Positions 1-9,128 of a DNA stretch of 64,000 nucleotides are shown here, in pieces. The stretch comes from a virus. The stretch lies in the IMG/VR virus record IMGVR_UViG_3300033233_000031, positions 7,489 through 71,488 of that record; one strand, 5' to 3'. The first letter of the stretch is position 1, and each line of letters opens with the position of its first letter. Below the pieces are notes generated by a model, which was given only the letters and a program-made list of their open reading frames with translations, was not told the origin of the DNA and searched no databases. A program made the position numbers and the translations under genes.

Positions 1-91
1 TGAGCTACTACGGGGCTTACTGGACGATCGACTGCGACGAGTGTGGCGAGACGAACGGCGACTGCTTCCCTGGAACATGGAGAGAGGCGAT

Positions 92-181
92 ATGAAGGAC
101 ATGATCCACATCATCTGGGCCGTCGTACTGGGTGGTGCGCTAGGCATCGCTATCGCCGAACTATGGAAGCGGCTGCTGTGA
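92..181 (+). CDS. small single-TM membrane protein (29 aa)
   Basis: MKDMIHIIWAVVLGGALGIAIAELWKRLL read from the sequence; ATGA overlap upstream and GTGA overlap with the next gene. Confidence 0.6.
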   Translation: MKDMIHIIWAVVLGGALGIAIAELWKRLL

Positions 182-906
182 CTGAGGCCGAGACGGTAGC
201 CCTGCTCGTCGACCTGCTTGAGTCCCGTGAGCCCTTCTGCCACGTCCGCTTCGGCGACGGCGATGTCTTCTTTGCCACCGGCACCGGACCAACGCTCACG
301 GCGGACGGCGAGGAGTGGTCGTCGGGTCTGCAGTGGCAGCTGATCAACGCCTGGGGCAGGGTCGCCATCGCTCGTCATCGCCTGCTCGTCGGCGATGTCA
401 GCTCCTACGCGGTCGACGACGGCTGCGGCCACGAGTGGGACGTGATGCGCGAGTACGCCGTCTATCTCCGCGGCAAGGATCTCTCCCCCATGGAGCTCGT
501 GCACATCGAGGCCTTGCGTGCCGGCTTCGGATACGCACTCCCTGCCTACCAGGCGATCGCCGCCGACCCGCGCAAGAAGCTCTACATCGGGCCCAAGGTG
601 CTCGAGCCCGCCGCCGAGATGCTCAAGGCCGATTTCCGCGAAGTCCCGCTGCACGTCGCATGGGAGCCGCGCCCTCGCCGGGACGCTCTAGAGGGCTTCG
701 AGGAGTATGAGGTGATCCTCTTCTCCGCCGGCCGCGGCGGCAAGATCATGCAGGGGCAGATCTGTCACTCCGGCCATCATCCGGTCACGCAGATCGACAT
801 CGGCTCCGGGCTCGACATTCTCTTCGGCGGCGTGAAGCGCGGCACGGACGCCGGCGTTGACATCGACGCGCTGAAGGCGCAGTACAGAGATGCGGGGCTC
901 TTGTGA
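178..906 (+). CDS. GT-D fold (DUF1792-like) glycosyltransferase
   Basis: VRFGDGD motif near the N-terminus and QIDIGSGLD near the C-terminus; GTG start overlaps the upstream stop. Confidence 0.65.
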   Translation: MTEAETVALLVDLLESREPFCHVRFGDGDVFFATGTGPTLTADGEEWSSGLQWQLINAWGRVAIARHRLLVGDVSSYAVDDGCGHEWDVMREYAVYLRGKDLSPMELVHIEALRAGFGYALPAYQAIAADPRKKLYIGPKVLEPAAEMLKADFREVPLHVAWEPRPRRDALEGFEEYEVILFSAGRGGKIMQGQICHSGHHPVTQIDIGSGLDILFGGVKRGTDAGVDIDALKAQYRDAGLL

Positions 907-1613
907 GCGAGACGTTCGTTGTTCCAGATGCGCACGGCAACGGCACGCTCGTCCGCGGGCTGTTGAAGCAGGAGGGCTTACCTCGTCCTGGCGTTTTCGT
1001 CGTCCAACTCGGAGATCTTGCCAACTGCGTACTGGAGTCCGAGGCCGATGACATGGACGCGCTATCGATCGTGGGCGACGGGATCGATCTGATGCTGCTC
1101 GGCAATCACGAGGCTCCAATGCTCAATTCCGACTACTCCGCCCGCTTCGTGGGCTTCTACCAACATGCCTCCGTCCACCACATGATGAAGCATCTCGTCA
1201 GCCGCGACGCGATCCAGCTGTCGTATGTCGCCGACGATGTGCTAGTTACACATGCTGGGCTCTCGAGCTACTGGGGGAGACCTGACAAGACGGCCGAGGC
1301 CGCGCATCAGAATCTCGAGCACGCGTGGCGCAGTGGGAGCTGGCGCCACGATTCGATCGTGATGGCTTGTGGTCGCGCGCGCGGCGGCTTCAACGCCGAA
1401 GGCGGCATCCTCTGGTCAGACTGGAGCGAGCCGAAGCGATCTGCGTTCCCGCAGCTTGTCGGACACAGCGTCGGCGAGGAGATCAGGCGGAAGAGGTCGG
1501 CGATCTGCATCGACCTCGGAGCCGGCAAGCAGCGCACCCGCATCGCAGGGGCATGGATTCGGGATGGCGAGATCACAACCGTCGAGTACAGAGAGGCGGG
1601 GCTTCTGACATGA
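903..1613 (+). CDS. calcineurin-like metallophosphoesterase
   Basis: DAHG, LGDL, GNHE, THAG and GHS motifs in canonical order. Confidence 0.85.
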   Translation: MSETFVVPDAHGNGTLVRGLLKQEGLPRPGVFVVQLGDLANCVLESEADDMDALSIVGDGIDLMLLGNHEAPMLNSDYSARFVGFYQHASVHHMMKHLVSRDAIQLSYVADDVLVTHAGLSSYWGRPDKTAEAAHQNLEHAWRSGSWRHDSIVMACGRARGGFNAEGGILWSDWSEPKRSAFPQLVGHSVGEEIRRKRSAICIDLGAGKQRTRIAGAWIRDGEITTVEYREAGLLT

Positions 1614-1681
1614 GCCCATCCAGCGGAGCCCGGTCAGGGACCGTACCGAGCCGCAGCCAGCGGGGCGCGGGCGACGGTCGC

Positions 1682-1810
1682 ATGAGCACGACCACGCACA
1701 AGCTCAGTTGCGGTCACCAGACATTCGAGGCTCCAGTCAGCGCGGGCCCGAGCGGCAAGTGGTACCGCTGCCCCGAAGGCTGCGGGCTGCAGAAGCAGAA
1801 GGGTCGGTAA
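1682..1810 (+). CDS. small zinc-ribbon protein
   Basis: LSCGH...CPEGCG in 42 aa; TAATG coupling to the next gene. Confidence 0.5.
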   Translation: MSTTTHKLSCGHQTFEAPVSAGPSGKWYRCPEGCGLQKQKGR

Positions 1811-2031
1811 TGGCCGAGCTCGATGCTCCAGCCAAGTGCCCCTTGCTGTGTCGGCTTGGCTTGCATCGTTTCTCGTTCTACGACCGAACTATCAAAGCGC
1901 CATCCGGCCGCCAGGCGAGGGTGATCACGTACGTCTGGTGTCGGAGGCTGTGCCCAGCCTATGGCCAGCCCGTAGCCGTCAACGTCGACACAATCATCAT
2001 CTCCCGAGAGCGCGAAAGGAGAAGCGCATGA
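1810..2031 (+). CDS. small Cys/His phage protein (DUF1660-like)
   Basis: LLCRLGLHRF...WCRRLC pattern; coupled overlaps on both sides. Confidence 0.5.
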   Translation: MAELDAPAKCPLLCRLGLHRFSFYDRTIKAPSGRQARVITYVWCRRLCPAYGQPVAVNVDTIIISRERERRSA

Positions 2032-2342
2032 GCACCGCAAAGCAGCCCACCCAGCCACCGCAGTTCGACGCCGGCGCATTCGCCAAGCACGCGGGCATCA
2101 CCCCTGCTGACATCGCGAACTTCCAGAAGTGGAAGCAGTGGGTCGGCGGCGAGCTCGCATTCGACGGGGTCGGTCTCAGGGATGTCGTGGCAACGAACGC
2201 CACCTTCCTGAATGCCGTGAAGCAGAACGTCGATCAGAACGGCGCCGGGATCGTAAGCCTGGAGGAGCGCGTCACCGTATTGGAGGCCCGCCCCGCGGTC
2301 CCTTTCCCGGCATCTGGACAACTCAAGGATGGAGGAACATAG
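2028..2342 (+). CDS. hypothetical protein with C-terminal coiled coil; probable 0-frame partner of a -1 frameshift
   Basis: AAAGGAG RBS; IVSLEERVTVLEAR heptads; C_CCT_TTC at 2300-2306. Confidence 0.7.
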   Translation: MSTAKQPTQPPQFDAGAFAKHAGITPADIANFQKWKQWVGGELAFDGVGLRDVVATNATFLNAVKQNVDQNGAGIVSLEERVTVLEARPAVPFPASGQLKDGGT

Positions 2343-2920
2343 AGAGCTGGCGCTCAGACGTCCCTGGCACGATCGCTCGCATCAAGGCGCGCCCGGAGAA
2401 CTTCAAGTGGGTCCTGGTCGAGCACGGCGAGACACCGGAAGCCCTGAAGCCGCAGATCCTGTCGGAGTGCCACGCCCAGGGATTGATGTGCGGCATCTGG
2501 GATCCAGCCGTCGAGTTCGATAGCGCGGTGCAGGTCGCTGCCAATTTCGACTGCTGGGTCGGCCAGGTCGAAGGTCCGAATCAGTACGACCGCTGTCTGC
2601 AGAACATCGACCCGCTGCGCCAGGCGCACCCGGTGCCGTACCCAGCGGCGATCGTGACGAACTTCGGCGGCCTCGGCACGGCCGATCTTGCCAAGCCGTT
2701 CATCGACGCCGAACTCTTCTGTATCACCGAGGCGCACATCGGCGAGGGCGACGTGGTCGACAAGACTGAGGATCGACTGGCCTACGCGGCGAACGTGCTC
2801 AAGTGGCCAGGGCCGCAGCCGATGGCTGGTCTCGGCGGCGGCGTCTCGCTGTCCCAGTACACCACGCTGAAGCAGCACTCGGGCTGGAGCGCCTTCGCCG
2901 CCGAGGAGCTACTCACATGA
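2300..2920 (+). CDS. -1 frame extension, possible glycoside-hydrolase-like (TIM barrel) domain
   Basis: Protein-like reading from PFPGIWTTQG onward with no suitable start codon; alternating alpha/beta pattern; the hydrolase call is weak. Confidence 0.55.
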   Translation, partial: PFPGIWTTQGWRNIESWRSDVPGTIARIKARPENFKWVLVEHGETPEALKPQILSECHAQGLMCGIWDPAVEFDSAVQVAANFDCWVGQVEGPNQYDRCLQNIDPLRQAHPVPYPAAIVTNFGGLGTADLAKPFIDAELFCITEAHIGEGDVVDKTEDRLAYAANVLKWPGPQPMAGLGGGVSLSQYTTLKQHSGWSAFAAEELLT

Positions 2921-2930
2921 GGAGCTAGCG

Positions 2931-3275
2931 ATGTCCTACCCCATGACGTGGCAGCGGGTCGTGAACCGCAACCGCCTGCAAGACGGAGACTACGGCAGCA
3001 AGATGTCGGGCCTCAACACGAAGCCGTGGGATCGAGAGGTGCTCGCGCGCTTCAATGACGACGCCGACCGCGTGGATCTGCTGCTCGGCCAACGCGAAAC
3101 GGTCTGTCGCGAGATCGACACCCTGAACAATCGATGGGGAGCGTTGCTCGGCGACATCCGTCGCCTCGAGCAGGACGTCGTCGACGAGCAAGCGATCGCG
3201 AAGCAGATCGCTCACCGTCTGGGTATCGCCGACGACTTCGTCGCGGCAGTGCTCAAGGAGTTCATGAGCATCTAG
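2931..3275 (+). CDS. hypothetical coiled-coil protein
   Basis: GAGGAG RBS; 114-aa helical ORF. Confidence 0.65.
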   Translation: MSYPMTWQRVVNRNRLQDGDYGSKMSGLNTKPWDREVLARFNDDADRVDLLLGQRETVCREIDTLNNRWGALLGDIRRLEQDVVDEQAIAKQIAHRLGIADDFVAAVLKEFMSI

Positions 3276-3308
3276 GCTTGTCGTCAAATTTCCAAAAGAG
3301 GAGCAAAG

Positions 3309-3935
3309 ATGAAACGGATCGCAGCGCTGCTTGTCCTGTTCGTTGCAGGGCTGGCTGCCGCGACGCTGTTCACACAGGCAGCCGTCGCACATAACGGACA
3401 GATCTCGATCTCGTGCGAAGAGGTCACGTTCAACTTCAGCAGCTTCCCGACCGGACCGAGCACGATCAACTGGACGGTGACCGTGGATGGGAAACCGTCG
3501 ACAGGCACGTTCTCCATCGGCCAGTCGGCGACCGAGACCGTGCCACTGCACCTGGCATCGGGGCGTCACCACATCAGTGCGTCTGCAACGTGGACGGTCG
3601 ACGGTGGTGGCTCGACCAGTTTCGAGGCCGACCTGCACTGCGGATCGACGACAACGACGACAACCGAGCATCCGCCTCCTCCGCCGCCGACGATCACAGT
3701 CACGACGACAGTGACCTCGCCGCCTCCACCGCCTGTCACCAACATCGTCACGACGACAGTGACTCAGCCCGCGGCGACGGTGACTCAGCCGGCGAAGATC
3801 GTCATCAAGTACAGGACGCGAACGATCGTGAAGTACAAGACGAGGGTGAAGGTGATCCACAGCAAGTGCAGCTGCGCGCCAGGCACAAGGCTCTGGCATG
3901 GGAAGTGCCACGCGATCGTCACAGGGAGTGGATAG
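3309..3935 (+). CDS. secreted protein with Ig-like domain and Pro/Thr-rich stalk
   Basis: Signal peptide MKRIAALLVLFVAGLAAATLFTQAAVA; TTTTTT/PPPPPP tracts; small Cys-containing C-terminal module. Confidence 0.75.
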   Translation: MKRIAALLVLFVAGLAAATLFTQAAVAHNGQISISCEEVTFNFSSFPTGPSTINWTVTVDGKPSTGTFSIGQSATETVPLHLASGRHHISASATWTVDGGGSTSFEADLHCGSTTTTTTEHPPPPPPTITVTTTVTSPPPPPVTNIVTTTVTQPAATVTQPAKIVIKYRTRTIVKYKTRVKVIHSKCSCAPGTRLWHGKCHAIVTGSG

Positions 3936-3942
3936 GAAGCCG

Positions 3943-4326
3943 GTGAGCGTTCGAGCCCCAGTCGGACCCAAGCCGCATCCCGGTGACAAGAAGCGGCGCC
4001 TCGCTCTGCAGGAGCTCTACGACGAGCTGCCGAAGATCGACTGCAAGCAGCAGTGCTCCGAGTCCTGCGGTCCGGTCTTCATGACGCGCGTCGAATGGCA
4101 GAGCGTCTGCCGCGTGGTCGGCGAAGAGCGAAAGGGCGACGCAGATCTCACCTGCCCGATTCTTGAAGAGGGGCTCTGCTCGGCCTACGAGGTGCGGCCA
4201 ATGCTCTGTCGTCTCTGGGGCGTCGTCGAGTCGATGAAATGCCCCTGGGGCTGCATCCCAGAGCGGTGGCTCACTGCCGATCAGGGTCACGAGTTCCTCG
4301 CGCGGACAGCCGAGATCGGATCGTGA
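3943..4326 (+). CDS. YkgJ-family cysteine cluster protein
   Basis: CKQQCSESC...CPIL...CSAYEVRPMLCR motif. Confidence 0.8.
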   Translation: MSVRAPVGPKPHPGDKKRRLALQELYDELPKIDCKQQCSESCGPVFMTRVEWQSVCRVVGEERKGDADLTCPILEEGLCSAYEVRPMLCRLWGVVESMKCPWGCIPERWLTADQGHEFLARTAEIGS

Positions 4327-4334
4327 GGGGAGAG

Positions 4335-5087
4335 GTGGCACACGTCGACGTGCTCTACGTTGCCTGGAACCGCCGCGAGTTCACAACCGCGACCTGGGCC
4401 TGGATGATCGCGCACACCAACTGGAAGCTCGTCAACAAGCTCATCGTCTACGACGACGGCTCGAGCGACGGGACGCTTGAGTTCCTCCGCGAGCAGACCG
4501 AGAAGGGGAAGATCCCACTTCGTCGCTCCACGCGCGACGTGCCGATCGAACTGCGCCTCTCGAACACGGGCTCGCCGCCGGCGATCATGAACCACTATCT
4601 CACGACGGCGGAGGCCGAGTTCTTCGCGAAGATCGACAGCGATATCGCACTTCCCGGCAGCTGGCTCGACCGCTTGCTCGATGTCATGCACCAGCATCCC
4701 GAGCTCGATCTGCTCGGAATGGAAGCGGGCATGGTCGCGCTCGACGGACGCGACGGCAAGAACTACGAGCGCTACGACGCCTCCCCTTGCTCGCACATTG
4801 GCGGCGTCGGCTTGATGCGCGTCTCGGCCTTCAAGTCGCGACCGGAGATTCCCTATCGCGGCAGGTTCGGATTCGGGGAGTGGCAGGATCGCTACGAGCC
4901 CACGCGGGCATGGATCGAACCGGATCTACTGGTGCCCCAACTCGACCGCGTTCCGACGGAGCCCTGGGCCTCTCTCACGGAGGAGTACATCGAGAACGGA
5001 TGGAGTCGCCCGTGGCCGAAGTACGACCCCGACTGGATGCTTCCCTATTTCAACTGGGTCAATCTTGAGCCAGAGGTGACCGGGTGA
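4335..5087 (+). CDS. glycosyltransferase family 2
   Basis: VAWNR, VYDDGSSDGT and KIDSD (DxD) motifs. Confidence 0.85.
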   Translation: MAHVDVLYVAWNRREFTTATWAWMIAHTNWKLVNKLIVYDDGSSDGTLEFLREQTEKGKIPLRRSTRDVPIELRLSNTGSPPAIMNHYLTTAEAEFFAKIDSDIALPGSWLDRLLDVMHQHPELDLLGMEAGMVALDGRDGKNYERYDASPCSHIGGVGLMRVSAFKSRPEIPYRGRFGFGEWQDRYEPTRAWIEPDLLVPQLDRVPTEPWASLTEEYIENGWSRPWPKYDPDWMLPYFNWVNLEPEVTG

Positions 5088-5473
5088 ATAACCGGGTGAA
5101 GAACGAGAAGGCAGCGCTCTGGCGGAACCGTGCCAAGTCGCTCAATGACCGGGCGCGAATGTTCCAGGCTGACGGGCACTTCACTCCTTCAGATCTGCGA
5201 GAGATCGTTCGTCGCGACGGATCGATATGCGTCTACTGCTCGCTGGCACTCGACTACTCAGTCGCCGGAGATAACTCCCAGAACGCCGCCAGCTTTGACC
5301 ACATCATTCGCCTGACAGATGGTGGCTCGAACACATTCGAGAACGTCGTCTGCTCCTGTCGTGGATGCAACCAGCGTAATGCGAAGGAATCGACACGCGA
5401 CCCGCAGGCAGCGGCGCTGGAGCGTCTCCGGTGGTTCCTCTCGCGCAAGGCACAGCGGAGGGAGGTCGCATGA
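5084..5473 (+). CDS. HNH endonuclease
   Basis: RDGSICVYC...FDHII...GGSNTFENVVCSCRGCN. Confidence 0.9.
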   Translation: MNNRVKNEKAALWRNRAKSLNDRARMFQADGHFTPSDLREIVRRDGSICVYCSLALDYSVAGDNSQNAASFDHIIRLTDGGSNTFENVVCSCRGCNQRNAKESTRDPQAAALERLRWFLSRKAQRREVA

Positions 5474-6216
5474 ATCTCGTAGCCAGCATGATCGTGAAGA
5501 ATGAGATCGGACGCTACCTCCAGCCTTGCATTCGGCATTTGCTCTCCTACTGCAACGCGATCGTCGTTCTCGATGACCATTCGGATGACGGGACATTCGA
5601 GTGGCTGCAGGGGCAGGGCCGCGTAACAGTCGCGCGCAATCAGGGCCCGGCTTTCTACGAGCACGAGGGCAAGGCTCGGCAGGAGCTCTACCACCTCACG
5701 ATGGAGGCTAAGCCGACACATGTCTTAGCCATCGACGCGGACGAGTTCGTCGGCGACCCGAGCTGCGTGCGCCAGGCATGCGCGAGTGGTGTCGAGGTGG
5801 CAACGCTCACGCTCTCCGAAGTCTGGGCTGCCGATGAGAGCAATCTCTCGATCCGGGTGGACGGGCTGTGGCGCGCGCGCACCGTGCCGATCCTCTATCA
5901 GCCGCAGCCCGGCTGGACGATCAAGGACAAGGCGCTTGCGTGCGGCCGGGAGCCAACGCAAGTAGTCGAACGCTACGGCCGCGCCAAGTCGGCCGGATCA
6001 TCCATCCTCCACTTCGGCTGGACGAGAAAGAGCGAGCGGATCGCACGCGCCGAACGCTATGACGTCCACGACGGCGGCAAGTACCACCAGGACGCCCATC
6101 TGCGCTCGATCCTCTGGGAAGAGCAGCAGAACCGGAGGCTACGTCTCCAGAGCACCTTCTGGCCGGTGGAGCTGTTCGAGCACGCCGAGGAGATCTGCGC
6201 CATTGCCAACCGCTAG
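5470..6216 (+). CDS. glycosyltransferase family 2
   Basis: MIVKNE, VLDDHSDDGT, AIDADE and ILHFGW motifs. Confidence 0.88.
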   Translation: MNLVASMIVKNEIGRYLQPCIRHLLSYCNAIVVLDDHSDDGTFEWLQGQGRVTVARNQGPAFYEHEGKARQELYHLTMEAKPTHVLAIDADEFVGDPSCVRQACASGVEVATLTLSEVWAADESNLSIRVDGLWRARTVPILYQPQPGWTIKDKALACGREPTQVVERYGRAKSAGSSILHFGWTRKSERIARAERYDVHDGGKYHQDAHLRSILWEEQQNRRLRLQSTFWPVELFEHAEEICAIANR

Positions 6217-6234
6217 CGGTACTAGCCTTCCGAG

Positions 6235-6432
6235 ATGCCAGCGACGCGCTACCCGAAAAGGAACGTGCATGAGATCGTCGTCGAGAACACGATGCGGGGG
6301 TACACCTACAATGCGCGCGGCGCAGATGGTCGTATCGTCTATGAATCTCCACGCTACTTCCGCTCGGCGCAAGCTGCGCGCGCTGAGATCGTGTCACGGT
6401 GGGGACAAGAGATGAGGATCGCCTACAGATGA
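6235..6432 (+). CDS. hypothetical protein (probably leaderless)
   Basis: TAGCCT -10 box 6 nt before ATG; ATGA overlap with the next gene. Confidence 0.55.
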   Translation: MPATRYPKRNVHEIVVENTMRGYTYNARGADGRIVYESPRYFRSAQAARAEIVSRWGQEMRIAYR

Positions 6433-6767
6433 AAATTCCGAACTGGTACGAGCTCCTGGTCCTCGGCCTCGCGGTCTGGAGGACGTTTCAGCTGCTCGCC
6501 TTCGATGAGATCGCTCAGCCCTTGCGCGGTCGCCTGCTCCGCATGGGGAACTGGCGCGAGGAGGGTGACCCCGTGCCCGAGAACTATCGCGTGGAATGGG
6601 CGAAGTTCATCACCTGCCCGTACTGCGCCGGCACCTGGACCGCGCTCGCCTGGTGGGGAGCCTGGCAGCTGAGCCAGCACTGGACGATGGTCGTCGCCTC
6701 GCTGGCAGCGCTGGCGACCCTTCCAATTGCAGGCCACAAGGTGCTCTCACGGGAACAGGATCGATGA
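6429..6767 (+). CDS. DUF1360-like membrane protein
   Basis: LAVWRTFQLLAFDEI and ITCPYCAGTW motifs with hydrophobic segments. Confidence 0.75.
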   Translation: MKIPNWYELLVLGLAVWRTFQLLAFDEIAQPLRGRLLRMGNWREEGDPVPENYRVEWAKFITCPYCAGTWTALAWWGAWQLSQHWTMVVASLAALATLPIAGHKVLSREQDR

Positions 6768-6957
6768 GGAGGAACGTGCGCCCGCCGGGCGCACGTTCCT
6801 CGTCATCGAATTGGGCAGCGGTGAGACGACGCCAGCGTCATGCCAGGCGCTGGGTGCCCACGTAGGTCGCTAGGGCTGTTCTCCTTTCGGGCCAGAGCGA
6901 CACGGTACGGACTCGCCGCATCCAATGTCGTCCGCTCACCTTCCTTACACTGGGGCC

Positions 6958-7137
6958 GTGCCATGTGGGTGCCGGCAAGGTCGCAGCGTGCCTCAAACCG
7001 CTGAGCAAATCGCCATTGAGGAGGCGAAGGCTGAACGTCGCCGTCAGCGGGTAGAAGAGATCGCGCGCCGTCGAGCTGATCGCGAAGCTCAGCGTCAGGC
7101 CGCATTCGAGGCGCGCCGAGCGGCAAGGGCGCGCTAA
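6958..7137 (+). CDS. small CGC-motif basic protein upstream of portal
   Basis: MPCGCRQGR...; TACACT 6 nt upstream of GTG. Confidence 0.55.
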   Translation: MPCGCRQGRSVPQTAEQIAIEEAKAERRRQRVEEIARRRADREAQRQAAFEARRAARAR

Positions 7138-9060
7138 ATGGCGATTCCAACCACCAGGCCAAATCGGCATCCGCGGATCCTGACGGCATCGGCGATGAAG
7201 ATGCCGTCGAGTCGCGAGCAGCCCGGTCAGGCGCGGAGGCGCAGCAAGGACTGGCAGAAGATGGCCTTCCTCTACGTGAAGCTCGTGCCCGAGCTGAACT
7301 ACGCGTCGCGCTTCTACGCGAAGCTGCTGAAGCAGCTCAAGATCTACCCGGCGATGCTCGACGACGCGGGCAAGATCGAGCGCATCACCGAGGGCCCTCC
7401 TGTCCAACTGCTGAACCGAATCCAGGATCCGGGCGGCGGAATGTCAGGCATCCTCGGCTCATACGGACGCTTGATGTTCATCGTCGGCGACGGGGTGCTC
7501 TTCGGGCGCGATCTCGACGAGGACACCGAGACCTGGGCATTCCTCGCCAAGGATGAGGTCACGGAGACGGAGGACGGCGGCTACCTCTGGAAGTCAACTC
7601 CCGAAAGCACTGGCGTCAAGTACACGCCCGAGCAGGCGGTTGGCTATCGGATGTGGACTCCTGACCCAGAACATTCCGGCGAGCCCGAGTCGCCGATGCG
7701 AGCAATCCTCGAGGTTGCCGAGGAGCTTCTGCTCCTGACGAAGACCGTGCGCGCGACGGCTGTCACGCGCATCGTCAACGGAATCCTGAAGGTCCCGAGC
7801 GAGCTCTCTTTCGGAGCTGACGAAGCGGGCACGGACGATGATCCAGAGCAGAACCCATTCCTAGCCGACCTGATCGACCACATCGCGGGCGCGATCGAGG
7901 ATGCTGGGTCAGCAGAAGCCGCGACGCCGTTCATGGCCGAGGGCGCGCAGGAGTATCTCGCCGCGCTCGAGTGGATCAAGATCCACGATCCGCAGACGGA
8001 CTACATGGAGCAGGGCCTTCGCAAGGAGGCGATCGAGCGCCTGGCGCACGGGCTCGACTTCCCGTCTGAGTACCTGATGAGCCTCGCGAACGTGAACCAC
8101 TGGAGCGCGCGCACGATCACGCACGAGATGTGGAGAACGCACGGCGCACCCGTGGCCGAGCAGTTCGTCGACGACGTCTGCGAGTCGTACCTCCGCCCGG
8201 GGCTTCGCGAACTCGGCTACGAGGACTGGAAGCGCGTCATCGTTGTCTACGACGATGCCAATGTGGTCACGCCGGTCGACCGCACGGATGACGCAGACGA
8301 TGCGGCCAACCACGGCAACATCAGCAACAAGGGCTATCGCCTGATGAAGGGCATCGATGAGTCGCTGGCACCGAGCGAGATGGAGACGAAGATGTACCTC
8401 GCGGTCAAGCTCCGCGAGCCCGCCTTCCTCGAGGGCACGCCGTACGAGATCGTGGCGCCCCAGCCCGCTGCGATGCCTCCCGGGCCAGCCCCTGTCGACA
8501 AGAACGCGCCGCCGGCTGATGAAGGTCCGCCCCCTCCGGGGAAGGCTGGCGTCTCGCGCGAGGAGTCGCGCGCGTCGGCACTCAACGGCGCCGCCTATGC
8601 CTCCCTCCTCCGCTGCCGGGAGGTCGCCGGTGCGCGAATCCGTCAGGCACTCGGCCGCAAGGGCACATGGAAGATTCAGCCGCCCGAACTCGAGCTGCTC
8701 AACGGCCACAAGAACGCAGAGGTCGCAGCGATCCTCGGCGCCGACACGCTCGAGCGCTACGAGCTGATCGCGCTCGACCTCGTGAAGGGCGGTTCCGAGT
8801 CGTTCGTGACGATCGCGCTGGAGTGGGGCATCGACAAGACGCAGGCCATGGCGCTCGGACAGGCGATCGAGGTCACGGCAATGCGGACGCTCTGCACCAC
8901 GGGTCTTCCGGCTTTCCCGTCTGGTTTCTTCGCGCAGATCGCGCGCGCAAGCGATGTCTCAAGCGAGATCGGCGAGGAGGGTGTCGTGCGCCGCAACAAC
9001 GAGGCGCTCGCACGTCTGGAGCAGATGCTCCCGATCTCGTCCATCGCGACGCTTCGCTAG
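7138..9060 (+). CDS. portal protein
   Basis: 640 aa; WQKMAF..VPELNYA, GILKVPSEL and RLAHGLDFP..VNHWSA resemble actinophage portals; precedes protease and capsid. Confidence 0.85.
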   Translation: MAIPTTRPNRHPRILTASAMKMPSSREQPGQARRRSKDWQKMAFLYVKLVPELNYASRFYAKLLKQLKIYPAMLDDAGKIERITEGPPVQLLNRIQDPGGGMSGILGSYGRLMFIVGDGVLFGRDLDEDTETWAFLAKDEVTETEDGGYLWKSTPESTGVKYTPEQAVGYRMWTPDPEHSGEPESPMRAILEVAEELLLLTKTVRATAVTRIVNGILKVPSELSFGADEAGTDDDPEQNPFLADLIDHIAGAIEDAGSAEAATPFMAEGAQEYLAALEWIKIHDPQTDYMEQGLRKEAIERLAHGLDFPSEYLMSLANVNHWSARTITHEMWRTHGAPVAEQFVDDVCESYLRPGLRELGYEDWKRVIVVYDDANVVTPVDRTDDADDAANHGNISNKGYRLMKGIDESLAPSEMETKMYLAVKLREPAFLEGTPYEIVAPQPAAMPPGPAPVDKNAPPADEGPPPPGKAGVSREESRASALNGAAYASLLRCREVAGARIRQALGRKGTWKIQPPELELLNGHKNAEVAAILGADTLERYELIALDLVKGGSESFVTIALEWGIDKTQAMALGQAIEVTAMRTLCTTGLPAFPSGFFAQIARASDVSSEIGEEGVVRRNNEALARLEQMLPISSIATLR

Positions 9061-9128
9061 CTCGTCTTTACACCGTCCGACACTCCAGCTACTCTCGCGG
9101 CCATGTCTTTACAGAGAGGAGTGCTCTC

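Noticed and set aside
8667-9128. N-terminal extension of the protease ORF to 846 aa
   Set aside because: It overlaps the portal gene; a promoter and AGAGGAG RBS support the start at 9129
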